Of a stretch of 64,000 nucleotides of DNA, positions 33,979 to 46,649 are shown piece by piece. The notes under the pieces were generated by a model. The model had not been told where the DNA came from, made no database searches, and worked only from the letters and a program-made list of their open reading frames with translations. The stretch is from Massalongia carnosa (Eukaryota), in assembly GCA_965645245.1 (NCBI GenBank), contig OZ287086.1, forward strand, positions 1,364,001 to 1,428,000, in the 5' to 3' direction. How positions within the stretch are numbered: the first letter of the stretch is position 1; each line of letters opens with the position of its first letter. The position numbers and the translations under genes were made by a program.

Positions 33979-36900
33979 CAAATATCGTTGGTGGACCACC
34001 AAGATCTTCACGAATCAACGTCGGTGGATCATCAGAATCAAGACGAATCAATAGACGCTGCATTCCTTCTAAATCATCAATCAGAAACATCACTTCCTTC
34101 TTCATGGCCTGACGACATCCTAGATTCCGGAGCCTCCATACATGTCTTCAATGACATAGCTCGTTTCCAGAACTTCACTAAAGCATCAAAGATCATATAC
34201 ATACAAGCCGGATCATCAAGGATTCCAATCCTTGGTTACGGTAGTGTCAGAATACCTATACTCCGAGAAGATAAATCTGAGGGGGTGATGAGACTATCGA
34301 ACGTGGCATATTGTGTGGACTTCGTGGTAAATCTAGTGTCGTTTCAACAACTAAGAAAGAGAGATATATACTGGGACACGGAAAGGAATGTTCTATACAA
34401 GAAGACTAATAAAGGACGAAGGACAATTTGTCTGATTCATCAAGTTGACGAACTTCCTGCATTCCAAAGTCAGATTCATCTAGTAAGGCCGCATTGCTAA
34501 TAACTCCAATACCTCGTCGTCGTTCAGGAAAACCTAGATCCTCCTCAAAGGGAGATGCCTTCATCTGGCATTGTCGTATGGGACATCCTGGACCAATAAG
34601 CCTTCACAAACTAGGAGAGAACTCATTAGGTGTTACACTATTAGGGCCATCGACCACTCAGTGTGAGGCGTGTAGTCTGGCAAAGATGCATAGACAAATA
34701 TCACGTCGGCCAGGAAATAGAAAAGTAACGAAGCCATTCCAGGAACTGCACATAGATTGGACGGATTTCGATAAGGCCATGGATGGTTTTATACGAACAA
34801 TGTTTATCACAGACAAATATACTGGATTAGTCATACCTTATTTCATGTCAACACACGGAGAGGAGTCAGAAACCCTCAAGATTCTCAAAGACCTAATGGC
34901 TTGGTGCAAGCAACGGAACCTACTGATAGAAAGGATACGGTCAGATTTGGAGTTGAATAGAAAGCGTACCAACAAGTGGTTGTCATCGGTAGGGATAGAA
35001 TTCGAACCTTCCGCTCCTAGAACTGCAGCACAAAATGGTGTAGCGGAACGTTCAGGGGGTGTGATAGTGACGAAGGCGAGGGCGATGTCAATAGGAGCTA
35101 AGTTACCATCAAATCTCTGGAAGGAGGTAATAGATGCGTCAACGTATTTACATAAGAGGACTCCTAGAGAGGCTCAGTCGTGGAAATCACCGTTCGAAAC
35201 ATTCTACAAAACCAACCCTCAATTGGCCCATTTAAAGGCCTATGGCTGCAGAGCATATGCGATGACTGAGGACGCTCAACTTTATAAGAACAGACGACAG
35301 AAACTCCAACCCCGTGCATATATAGGACACCTGGTAGGATACCGATCGACGAATATCTTTAGAGTGTGGATACCAGAAAGACATGGTGTCATCTCCACAC
35401 GAGACGTGATATTCGATGAGTCCAGATTCTACGAAGGACAGTTACCCGAAGAAGGAAAGTCTGAAGTAGAGAGAGAGACCATCATAAATAGGATCGAGTT
35501 GCCAGTGGCTGATGCAATAAATGAAAGCATCTTAGAGGAAGATGTGGAGATACTGGAGTATCATAATGATGAAGCAGAGGATATATCTGACGTCGATAGG
35601 CTTGATAGACCAGAAAAATTGATCGAGGATCTACGGGAACAAGAACGTGGATTACCAACACCACCACCAGATGAAGAAGACGAATTAGCCATGGCACTTC
35701 ATGCTCGGTTAGAAATTGAAGATATACATGAGGCAAGCTGCTCTCAATGTGACTTCGACGATAATATCTATATCAATAAAGAAGCACCACGCATCCAAAC
35801 ATCAGAACTCGGGGCATTTGCCGCTGGTCGGTTGTTCAGTAAGTTCCATAAGTTGAATCTACCCCCACCTCCCAAAACCATACGTGACCTGGAGGGTCAC
35901 ATGTTCGAGTCTCACTTCATCGATGCCATCAGAGAACATCTCGGTGAGAATGAGAAGATGGAGACGTTTGAACTAGTCGAAAGCAAGCATACCATAAGAC
36001 ATCAAGTGCTGGACTGCATGTGGGTTTTCACCTACAAGACAGACAGTGATGGCTATTTGGTAAAATGCAAAGCTAGATTAGTAGTATGTGGGAATCAACA
36101 AGAGGTTGGGGAACTACCAACACGAGCGACCACTTTGGCCAGCTCAGCATTCAGGTCCATGATGGCGTTAGTTGCGAAGTATGATCTAGAAACTAGACAA
36201 CTCGATGCAGTAAATGCATTTGTCAACTGGCCGCTGGACGAGGTGGTATACATACGTATTCCACCATATTATCCATTCACAGGTAGGCATTCGCATTCGC
36301 CGTCGAGCGGGCGGGCACTGAAAAGAGGACGACTCTATCAGAAGACCAAACAGCGGCGACCCCTGGTGAAATGATGACTTCTGTAAAAGGAAGGCCTTCA
36401 CACCCAAGAGTAAACGCGGCCAGTCTAGGTGAGAAACCATTCTGGAGAACTAGTCGACAAGGACTGATCACCCTTGAATCGGTATAGTCCCGGACAGTAA
36501 AGCTCAAAGGTGGAAGAGGTTAAATCAGAGATGTGGTCTAAAACAAAAATATGTGTTAAGACTGAGAAGAGCACTCTACGACCTGAGACGGTCACCATAT
36601 CTATGGCAGAAGCATCTGTCAAAAACATTTCAATCCATGGAATTTAGGGCCATACCTCAAGAATCATGTATAATGATGAGAGGCGGAATCCTAGTATTCT
36701 ATTATGTAGATGACACGGTATTTTGTTACCACAAATCGATCGAGGGTCAGGTCTTAAAAGCCATCGAGCATTTATGTTCAATATACACCATGAAATCACT
36801 GGGGGAAATCGAATGGTTCTTAGGAATCAGAGTCATAAGAGATAGGTCTAAACGACTTCTATGGCTATCCCAAGAGGCCTATATTGATAAGATAACTAAT

Positions 36901-37824
36901 AAATTCGATGCTCAACTAGATAAGAAACTACCAGATACTCCTATGATATCAACTCAATATACAGTCTCAGAAAACAAAGCCTCCCATCAGTCCATTCACT
37001 TATATCAACAAAGGATAGGAACAGCCCTATTCGCAGCCATAACCACCAGACCAGATATCGCATTCACGGTGTCCAAACTATCCCAATTCTCCATAAATCC
37101 TTCCGATGAACATCACCAGGCAGCGATGCGAGTCCTAGAATACCTATACGCCACCAAAACCCTGGCGATTCAATATGAAGGAAAACATGAGGAAGGGATA
37201 CAAGGGTTCCTATGTGCTAGCGACGCGTCCTTCGCGGACAACAAGGATAGGAAAAGTTCTCAAGGATATATAATGACGCTGTTCGGAGGACCGGTTGCAT
37301 GGAAAGCAAGCAAACAGGCGACGGTGACCACATCGAGCACTGAGGCCGAATTGCTGGCCTTGTCGGACACCACCAACGAAGCAATGTATCTAAGACGACT
37401 GTTAAAGGCCATCAAGGTGAGACTGGAGGGACCGGTGATCATCGACTGCGACAACAAACAGACTATCAACTTGATAACTAGTGAGGATATGAAGCTTCAA
37501 ACTCGGCTTCGCCATGTGGACATACATAATCACCGGTTGAGACTGGAATATCAGGCCGGTAGGGTGTCGATAAGATGGTTGGCCACAGCTAAGATGCCGG
37601 CGGACGGATTGACGAAGGCCTTATCAAGGCAGAAGCATGAGGGATTCATAAGATTGATAGGATTGGTGAACATATCGGAAAGATTGGACTCGATACGAAA
37701 GATGGAAAGTGTGAAAAATCGTCTAATGCATTCACAATCGGGCGTTCAGGTGGCGTGTTTCGGAGGACAAAGCATCAAGATGAGGAATATAAGGGATTAT
37801 ACTGGACTGATTCCAGATCTATAA
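33979..37824 (+). pseudogene. pol: Copia-B pol (PR-IN-RT-RH), frameshift near 34495 and ~260-bp insertion in RT
   Basis: ILDSGAS, WHCRMGH...CEAC, QNGVAER, KARLVV, YVDD, ADGLTK. Confidence 0.92.
36365..36472 (+). ncRNA. Candidate box C/D snoRNA-like module within the insertion in Copia-B RT
   Basis: GGTGA-AA-TGATGA ... CTGA-TCACC: terminal stem with C and D boxes in kink-turn geometry; no target identified. Confidence 0.35.
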
Positions 37825-38570
37825 ACGGTGTTTCTAGATCTGAGGGGGTGTGTCAAATTATAGGATAACTAATCCTAAACATCAGTGGTAACTCAGGATG
37901 ATATATCCGAAGGGTTATTCCGGCCCGACTAGACACGTGGCCTCCCCCCTTAGATAGATTCCCACTTTTCCACATCCTCCACAATACAATCAACATCTAC
38001 CCAATTCCCTGATTATGCCTTTTGACCCTTATATATTTGACAAAAGGGGGCGCTCGGTAGAGGCGCCGGCGAAGTGACGGCGCTAGCGAGGTGCAGATCG
38101 CTGCGTTTCCGCCAACCTTAGAAATAGAAGCAATACGAGGTCACATGAACTAGTGTTAAATTATCCTCCAAACCCCTTTATAGGTGTAGCGCAGCCCTGC
38201 GAGCCTTGGCGCGCTAGGCAGTATATAACAGCCATGTAGACAGATCTCAATAGAACACACCTTCTGCAGTCTTCTCTCCTCCCTACCTGATGTTGGAACT
38301 GTGACTGCAACAGGCGGAATGGTAGCACTGGGCAATTGATATGACTAGTTCGACAAACGAGTTCTTGCACATGCAAAACAAACTGGGAGAAACGATTGAC
38401 TTCCTACCACTACGTAGGGTAAAACTGCTCCTATTTATGCCCGTCCACCAGCGATTCCAGAAGCTTCCATTTCCATCTCATCGGTTCCTTCTTCCGATGC
38501 GCTTTCTGACTTCATACAAATTTGCCACTGCCACAAGCCTTTCCTTGCCGAGTGTAGATGCAAATTGCTT

Positions 38571-41500
38571 TGTGTAAATCTTTACTAGTAAATAGCCATT
38601 TTACTACTCATCCAGGGTGCGTACAAGCTAGCAGTTACACTACGTATTAATAATGTTGCTGTTACTGACTAAGTGTATTAAACACCTACAAATCTACCGA
38701 TTGTGATGACTTCAACTCCAAAAACTCGTCAGCCAATTGCGATACATCATCTTTTCTAGGCTTCATGGTTTTAGCCACCTTTCTCATCGCCGTTTCCTTT
38801 CTCGCTTGAGCTCTAGCCTGTTTGACTGATTTCTCGACTCTTTGCTGAGATTCCAACTCCAACTGAGCCTTTGATTTCTTCGCCACACTCCGAGACCTTC
38901 GCGTTGTTGCAGAGGAAGTAGGAAGAATTTGACTGGCGCGCACGTTTTGGCTAAGACTATAAAGAGATGGAGGCGGCGCTGCCTTAGGTAGGGCTTTTTG
39001 ACTCTGCTTGGCAAGCACATCGTCAATATCTTCGAGCGAATCCGACGAGGTTTCTGATGTAAGAATAACATCATTATCATCATCCGAAGGAAGTATAGGA
39101 TCCATAGAACGACCGAGAATGGGCTGACTGCTTATATACTGCACCTCGTCATCGTCTTCGGAGACGATAGACGCTATTTCGATTCTCTCCATAACTAAGT
39201 TTTCTCCTAAACCTATTGTACCCAATATTAGCCGACCCGAGCGCAATAACTTTGCAACATCGTGAATTTTACCTACTGTTTCATCTTCAACCTCATCGTC
39301 GCCCCCAGCACGCAATCTATTATATCTAAGCCTCCTCCCTTGTTCAATAGAGTCCCTTCGCCTAGTACGTCGCTGTTCAGTTTCTCTAACCTCAGCTGCC
39401 TCGCGACCAGTGTAGGCACGTCGACGACTCCCTTCTTTCTTATACATGAGGTTTTCTTTGTGCCGAATTTCGTCGAGGAATGTGGTGGGGATGAGAGGTC
39501 TTACCAGCTCCTTCTTTTACCATTTCTTATTGAACTTTTCAACGATGTGAGCATGCTCGCTAGCGTACTCCTCCCTTCGATGAGAATCTTCTATTGATTG
39601 ATGCAGGTCAATAGATTGATATGCCACAGAATGTAGCAAATCAAGGCCCCCGCGGCGAAATCTATCCTCACCTTACACGCCTTCTTCGAGCTCGACCTCA
39701 TCCTTATCCGCCTCAGTCTCTCCCGTCCCTTCGACCTCATCGACGATCTTTTCGACCTCGGGCTCCGAGCCGCGAGCGAAATCGAAGGTCATTTGCCAAG
39801 AGACCGCATAAGGTGGGCCATCATAAAACCAGCGGGGGTGAATGAGGGAAACGGAAATAGGGATCGAGTCGATGATGCATTTATACAATCAGCATTTGCA
39901 TGGGAGACCGTACCTTAAAGGCAATTCACAATCATAAACACAAATTCCACCATCAGGGACAATAGAATGGGTTCGTTCAGCTAATGATTTGGCGGCATCG
40001 AGTTCGCTTGAAACGAGGCCAATGCCATGATGCTTAATTTTCCCAATGAGTAGCCTGAAAGCATTTCTATCTATCAATCTAGGATTGCGTATTCGCTGTT
40101 GATTGCACAAACTCTCCTGGTCTAATTGTTTTTTCCGCACCTCATCACATATTTTCTGCACCGATTGTCTTATAGGAGTGTTTCTATTGGTCACATTTTT
40201 AACCAATGAATGTAGACCTTCTGAACGCTGTGTGCCTAAATCAGGGAGTTTAGTAGTATATGCATGCATGAATTGAATTTCTTGATGTTGATAGAAATTC
40301 ATGAGATAATCCTGCGAAAGAGGTAGCGTTAGCAGTAGCCCTAACTCGCTTGAAATTTAATTTGATATATCACTACTAACCTTTTCTGCGGGATGAAGTT
40401 CATTCAGCAACTTTCTTCGTCTCTCATCCAACTCATCAATAGTGAGGGATTTTATATAATCCCAAATCAGAGTCTCCAGCTTTTTGCGCACTTCTTGGGG
40501 ATATTTTCCTGCCTTGATCAGTCGTTTTTTTATTGCCTCGGCCGCATGCCACGTTCACAGCTGCAAAATGCATCTCTCCTCGCCCGCTTTCATCGTTGAT
40601 TGGTTTAGATTTTTGGCGACCTCTCTTGCAATGGTCAATGCAGCATCGAGATCAATTGCCGGAGCTTTAGCTTTTCTTTGCATGGCTACAGTCAATCCAG
40701 CTGCAAAATCCCCGAGAATCACCCCAGGCCCTGGGCAATCATCATAAAAAATCAACTCTTTCATACATTCGATAATAAAAGTGAAATATTCGGCCGATTT
40801 GGAAGTTATATAGCAATAAGCGACGGGAAACGAAAGGTCGGTGTTAGTGATTCCAACAAAAACGGATAAAGGCAAGTTCAATTTATTAGTATTGAACGTT
40901 GCATCCGTTTCTAATAAAAACCCATCCACGAGACGTCGAGCCAGCCTAACTTACTCTGCATTGCAAAAAAAATTGTTCTATCACCCGTCTCTCACGCACA
41001 TTATTCTTAACAATATATTTTTCCTTACACCGTACATGAAAGCCCCTGTCTTTCAACGAGCCCAAGGCAAAAAGAAGCTCTTCTTCAGGCCTGTGAGCTC
41101 CCTCTGAATGAGCGAGATTATAATAATCGCTCCTCGACAGACGGGGTCCTTGGATTCCTAATATTCTCGCTGCTTGGCCATGTTGGGTTGACGATGCACG
41201 GAGACTCTTCCCTTGATCTAGGGGATCTGTTCGATCAGGGTCCCTACTATGATGTTCTCTGAATGCAAAGGGATCAGTGCCCATCTCATAATTGTGCTCG
41301 GAGTTAGTAACTATTAGTTTCCATGCATTTTCTTTGTTTTTTTTGAGACGGAGGCGATAAGGGCACTCATTGAACGAAACTTTGGTATTGGCTCGCACCC
41401 GGTCTTCCTCCTCTACTTTTCTAGTGTTTCTAACTCTTTTGTGGTGGCGTGTGCAGTCTAATACGATTAAATGGTTTTCTTATCGTGACTTTCCGTGACC

Positions 41501-41950
41501 AACGCGAAGCCTTGGGTGAAGGCATAGTCTTGAAGACGAGTCTTTGCCTCCTCTCAAGACGAAAATAACTCATTCTCTTGCGGAGGAAGGAGGTGAGGTG
41601 GGGGTAGAAGGGCAATGGCATGTTGCTTCCGTGCATCCAAAGAAGTGGGAACGAACTCCATCGCGATGCGGAGTAGTAAAATATATAATATGAGGTATAA
41701 CATAAGTGGAAGGGGAGATTTAGGGAGGGCAAAGGGTTAGGACAAGGGCAAGGGCAAATGGTAAGTGAGGGTGAGGGTGAGGGTGAGGGGGTATGCTTTA
41801 TCAGACCGAGTAGGGTAATTATTAGTAGCAATAACACGTCATACGATTTAAACCGAAACGAGTTTAATGTGCTGTTGGCAGTTGCATTACTAGCTTGTAC
41901 GCAACCTGGATAAGCAGTGAAAGGGCTGTTTACTAGCAAAGATTTACACA
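38571..41950 (-). mobile_element. Mutator-like element (MULE-2) with ~70-bp TIRs
   Basis: TGTGTAAATCTTTACTAGTAAATAGCC at 38571 and its reverse complement ending 41950; no TSD visible. Confidence 0.88.
38686..41625 (-). pseudogene. MULE (FAR1-like) transposase pseudogene
   Basis: ECPYRL...EHN FAR1-like motif, ETDATFNTNKLNLPL, VILGD, TQRSEGLH, CELPLRYGLPC; several stops and frameshifts; start approximate. Confidence 0.85.
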
Positions 41951-42807
41951 GGAGGGGGGACGGACGGCGGGGGACTGTCCCTAAGCACCTCGCGAAGGCT
42001 AGATTATAATTTTAAAATCTTGTCAAGACATATTTGAAACCAAGGAGTTCTGATATCAGTACCACAAAGACATTGATAATCAGGTTCTGCATAAACCTGT
42101 TGCGAGTTCCTTGTTTTATATTCTCAGTTCAAAAATTCAGTCATTCTATTATCGAACTGATGACAGAACTAGTGACATTTGAGATTGAAATTGCAAGGCG
42201 CCTTGGAAACACTACGTCCTTTACGCTACATTTCTATTCTCAAGTACTACGCTTGAATGATTCATGATAATCATCATTCATATCTGAAAAAAGTGCCGCG
42301 TTCTTGTCTGGATTGTTTTTAATCTACAGCGGACTCGATTGCTATCGGCATTCATCATTCGTGGAATATGTTGAATGATCATCCGAGCGTACGAGGCAAG
42401 GCACATATCCGAGTTCTGATCAATCAGGAAAGAATAGATTCCGGGACTGTAAAGCCTAAGTCCAATAGTCGGCAATGAATATTGATTGATCTCTGGATTA
42501 GAACGGCTCGAAGGGTGAAGTTAATCTCATTCTACATAAATCTTTTAACCTTTCGAATATTTCCTTAATCTTTACTACCTCCAACTCAAACGATAGAAAG
42601 TGCTATGACGTTAGCGTAAGTAAGAAATAGTCTGACAGTGAAATAAATCCCAGCACTTCGCCTGAAGAGCTCAATCCGCTAGGAATAATTCATGGAATTC
42701 TGAATGCTGACGACGAGGATTGAAAATTTCTTGAATCATGATCCTCCCACCTCTCGCGCAGCAACTAAGATATGACGTAGCCCTCATTTTCCTAGTAGGT
42801 AGAACGG

Positions 42808-43944
42808 CTAAAGATTGGACCCCTTAGACATATGCATATTCTCTATCATTATCTTGCTGTTATGTACAGACTCTTTCCACTCCTCGAACTTAGACTTCGA
42901 GAAGTTTTCAAAGGCATTAGTACCATGCGTGGCAATATGTTGTGCTAGATCGATGCCGTCTCTTATGGCCATGTTCGCACCTTCACCACCCAGTATGGGG
43001 GTAGTATGCACCGCATCCCCTATGAGAACCACGTCATGTTTTGCAAGCCGTTGCGCCTCGCTCGGGTCTGGCATCAAGGTTCGCATCAGCCAGTGCAAGA
43101 GTCGATCGCCCCGTACTTCTTCAGCGTCAAAGATCACCTTGAACGGAGGCTCGAGATTCTGTAACAATACTAGCTCCTCAAAAAGTTATTCAGGAATGTC
43201 AGTTGCACCAGGGACGAGGCGGTCCGGTTTGTGAAGAGGATCGTTATTCTTAATGGCTGGGCGAGAGTAAGTGTAGCCTATAATGACTTGTGATCCGGAG
43301 ATATCGGTCAAATATATCTGGAGTAAAATCTCGCCTTCGAGCGCCTGTGTGAGTAAACCGTTTTGCATGTAGTCATGCATGGTTTCCAAATATTCGGTGT
43401 AAGAGATGCTTCGCTTGCCATTATAGACAACGTATGGGAGAACCTGCAACTTCATTGTAGGACTCAGGCTTTGACGAGTCATCGAGTGAGGCCCGTCGCA
43501 GCCAATTAGGCAACTGGTCCTCAGGCTAGACCCGTCATCAAAAGAAGCAGTGAGCTTTTCGGGCTGCGAAGTAAGCTGAAGGTCATTCAATCTTTTATCC
43601 CAGCTGATTGACAGATCCTTGCCGAGCAGAGCCTCGAGCCGGCCACGGTGACAGCGAAAGGAGTCGGTGGGTGCAAAACTGTTCGACCCCGAGAGGCTTC
43701 CACTGCCACCCTGTGGGGCATTGACGGCTACTTTTTCCCGAAACGTTTTTTCGTCCATATGAAGAATGCTCAGGAGTGGTCTATAGGTCGATGAGTGCAG
43801 TAATATGCCGTAGTTGTTCCGAGGTGTTGAAGTCGCGCGGTCGTATACAACAGCTGCTATTCCTCTATGCTTGAGACCCAGCCCAAGTGTAAGCCCACTG
43901 AGGCCTGCCCCAATAATGGCAATTGGAGGAAATATAGTATTCAT
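42808..43944 (-). pseudogene. FAD-dependent monooxygenase (aromatic hydroxylase type) with one in-frame stop
   Basis: IIGAGLSGL, LIGCDG and LIGDAVH...GGEGANMAIRDG fingerprints; TAA at 43186-43188 with the same frame continuing. Confidence 0.88.
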
Positions 43945-43959
43945 ATTGGATACAGTCGC

Positions 43960-44850
43960 TGTTGGAATACTCGCTTAGCCCCATTAGTTCTAGCTCAGCC
44001 CTGCAGGCTGCCATGACTGCTATAAGCAGTCACCTCCGTAGTAATTTCAACATTATGCCGTCAACTGTTTATTTAACAGGTTATGAGTCCCGGGTTTGTG
44101 CTTTGCGCCCCTCCGACGGCATCCTTCATGCATAGACTACGTACTATCATGTCGTATCAAGAAGATGGTGAGGTGAAAGTTCAGACGTGGAAAGCGCGAA
44201 AACGAAGCGGAAACGACATCGAAAGGGATGAGAAACGAAGCGGAAACGAAGCGGAAACGTCATCGAAAGTGGTGTACGTACGAAACGTGCTGAGGAGGAC
44301 ATCTACAACGGGCGGTGCCTCGAAGACTTCACATCTTGCAATACTGGTCAGATCAGCAAGGGGAGATAAAAGCCCTGCGATCAGGCCACCAACGTCAATG
44401 GTCTGCGGGAAAATGTCTAACAGAGACATCGAGAAAAGCCCTGCTCAGGCCATCAACAAAACACGTCCATAGTACTCTTCCCATCCACCCATACACTCAC
44501 AAAAGCTACGTTTCGAGAGATGGTTATGGGTTTAATGAGGCTACAAAGCAGGACAACAAAAGACATAAGAAAGAACTACGTGCTCAGGGAAAATGGAGTC
44601 AGAGGGAGCTAGATTCGTTCCGCAAGGGGAGCGAATCGGACACAGCTGGATGAATCACTTCGCAAGGGGAGTGATAAAAGCTGGATAGTTTCAATTTTGG
44701 AGGCGAAAGGGGAGCCACGCTCGAAGGGGAGTGTTGGAATACTCGCTTAGCCCCATTAGTTCTAGCTCAGCCCTGCAGGCTGCCGTGACTGCTATAAGCA
44801 GTCACCTCCGTAGTAATTTCAACATTATGCCGTCAACTGTTTATTTAACA
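43960..44850 (+). mobile_element. TRIM-like non-autonomous Copia derivative (891 bp)
   Basis: 119-bp LTRs 43960-44078 and 44732-44850 (one visible mismatch), GTCGC TSD, PBS GGTTATGAGTCCC, PPT GAAGGGGAG. Confidence 0.93.
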
Positions 44851-44889
44851 GTCGCTCCGTGTCGACATCGTTACAAGGTAATTCGACTA

Positions 44890-46649
44890 ACGTAACTCAC
44901 TAGACAACGGAACAAACCGTTCAACGGAACTAAGAAATTCCGAAAACATAACACCTTAGATGCTGAAGCCTTCACCGCATACATTTTTCATACAAATCTA
45001 GCTTTAAACATCATAATTGAACATACTCATCATTTGAAGATTGTTATAATAGGTGTTTGTAAAAAATCCACCTCACACAACCCCCTCCACATATGAACAA
45101 CGCGTTCAATCAGCCCTTCTGGCTTTGAAACAAGCTGATGGAGCTCTTTCCATCTCAAAGACAGCTAGTTTATACGCTGTTTAGAAGACTACTCTCTATT
45201 CTCGCATTCATGGCCGTCAACCACGATTTACTTCGGAAATCAAACAACTGTTGACATTCGAGGAGGAGAACGCTTTGAAGAATTGGCTTCTTCAATTGTG
45301 TGCCTGGGGCTGGCCTGCTAAAATCGCTCAGTTACGTCAGATGGCCATCGAGTTATTAAGAGCTAGGGAAAATCATACTGCATTGGGGGTCAATTGGCAA
45401 CAGCATTTTTTGAATCTTCATTCCGATTTGCAGGCTAAACACAGTCGCACCTTGGATCAAGATCGTTTATTCGCGGAGAATGAAGAGATTTTTCAGCATT
45501 GGTTTGACCTCTTTCTTTCTACCAAACAAAAACACGGAATTCTCGATGAAGACATTTACAACATGGACGAAAAGGGGTTTATGATGGGAGTAGCCGGTAG
45601 TGCAAAAGTAGTAATCTCTAAACATCTCTAAACATGAAAAGCAAGCCTTTTCAGCACAATCAGGTAACAGAGAATGGGTGTCATTAATTGAGGCTATTGG
45701 CACCACCGGTCGAAGTTTACCACTTTTTCGTCATTTTCAAAAGGGTTAACAAGCAGAAGGCCTGGTACGATGTTTTGAATGACGTCAAAAGTGAAATCGC
45801 TACCAGTGAAAATGGATGGACCGACAATGAACAGGCCTTGATTGGTTGAAAAAATGCTTTGAACCTGCTACTGAAAAATATTTACACGGTGAATATCGAC
45901 TTCTTGTGGTTGACGGTCATGCTTCCCATATTTCTACCGAATTCATCAAGTTCTGCAATGAAAAGAAAATCATTTTACTATGTTTACCTCCTCATACAAC
46001 ACATATGCTACAACCTCTAGATGTAAGTGTGTTTGGGCCTCTGTCCTGGGAGTATAAAAAACGACTGGAGGTCGTCACCCCGTTCAACCTCTGCTCGATT
46101 GACAAGATAGACTTTTTGAAGATCATTCATGAGGCAAGAAAGGAAGCAATCAGCGAGAAAAACGTACTCACTGCATGGAGAACTACCGGATTAGTACCAT
46201 TCAATCCGTCATTGGTGCTACAGAAACTGACTAATAAACAATCGGTGTTGCGAAAGACTGATAGCATTAACACCATCATCACCACTACCACTGTCACAAG
46301 AAGCTCTAGTGTTGGAATTGATACGGAGATCGCGTCTGCTTCTCATCCTGGTACTCCGATAACACTTCAGAACTCTCATGAAGCTATTATCGGAGTAGAA
46401 AAGACACCTGCAAATAGCAATCAAATAAATCAGTTGGTTTGTCGAATTCGAAAGAATGAAAATTCGGACTCGACACCCGCCCGAGCTTTAAATAAATTGA
46501 TAAAAGGGGCTAAATATGCCATTGCCGACTCTACCTTGCTACGAATTACCAACACCGAACTTCTTCAGGCCAATGTACGGCGGCATCATCGAGCCAATCG
46601 TAGCGCTCACTATGGTGGAAAGGCTCGAGTACTGAGCCTTGAAGACGTA
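44890..46649 (+). mobile_element. pogo/Fot1-like transposon, disrupted transposase, 3' end lost
   Basis: TA then ACGT-type terminus; HTH region, YNMDEKG, VVDGHASH, QPLDV; stops and frameshifts. Confidence 0.88.

Larger units (their letters stand above)
32650..38042 (+). mobile_element. Ty1/Copia retrotransposon (Copia-B), full length
   Basis: 192-bp LTRs 32650-32841 and 37851-38042 (two visible mismatches), AAAGG TSD, PBS GTTATGAGCCC, PPT GAGGGGG. Confidence 0.97.
32304..38153 (+). mobile_element. Probable solo A-B repeat unit of an Ngaro-like element (about 450 bp net), interrupted by Copia-B
   Basis: Starts CTAGTTCG, ends AGCAATACGAGGTCACATGAACTAG like the element at 51644-62006; TATA box then a long stem GCGATCTGCACC/GGTGCAGATCGC. 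Confidence 0.6.

Noticed and set aside
38154..38570. Additional LTR or gene
   Set aside because: TGTTAA start and TATA motif, but no consistent end, TSD or protein motif
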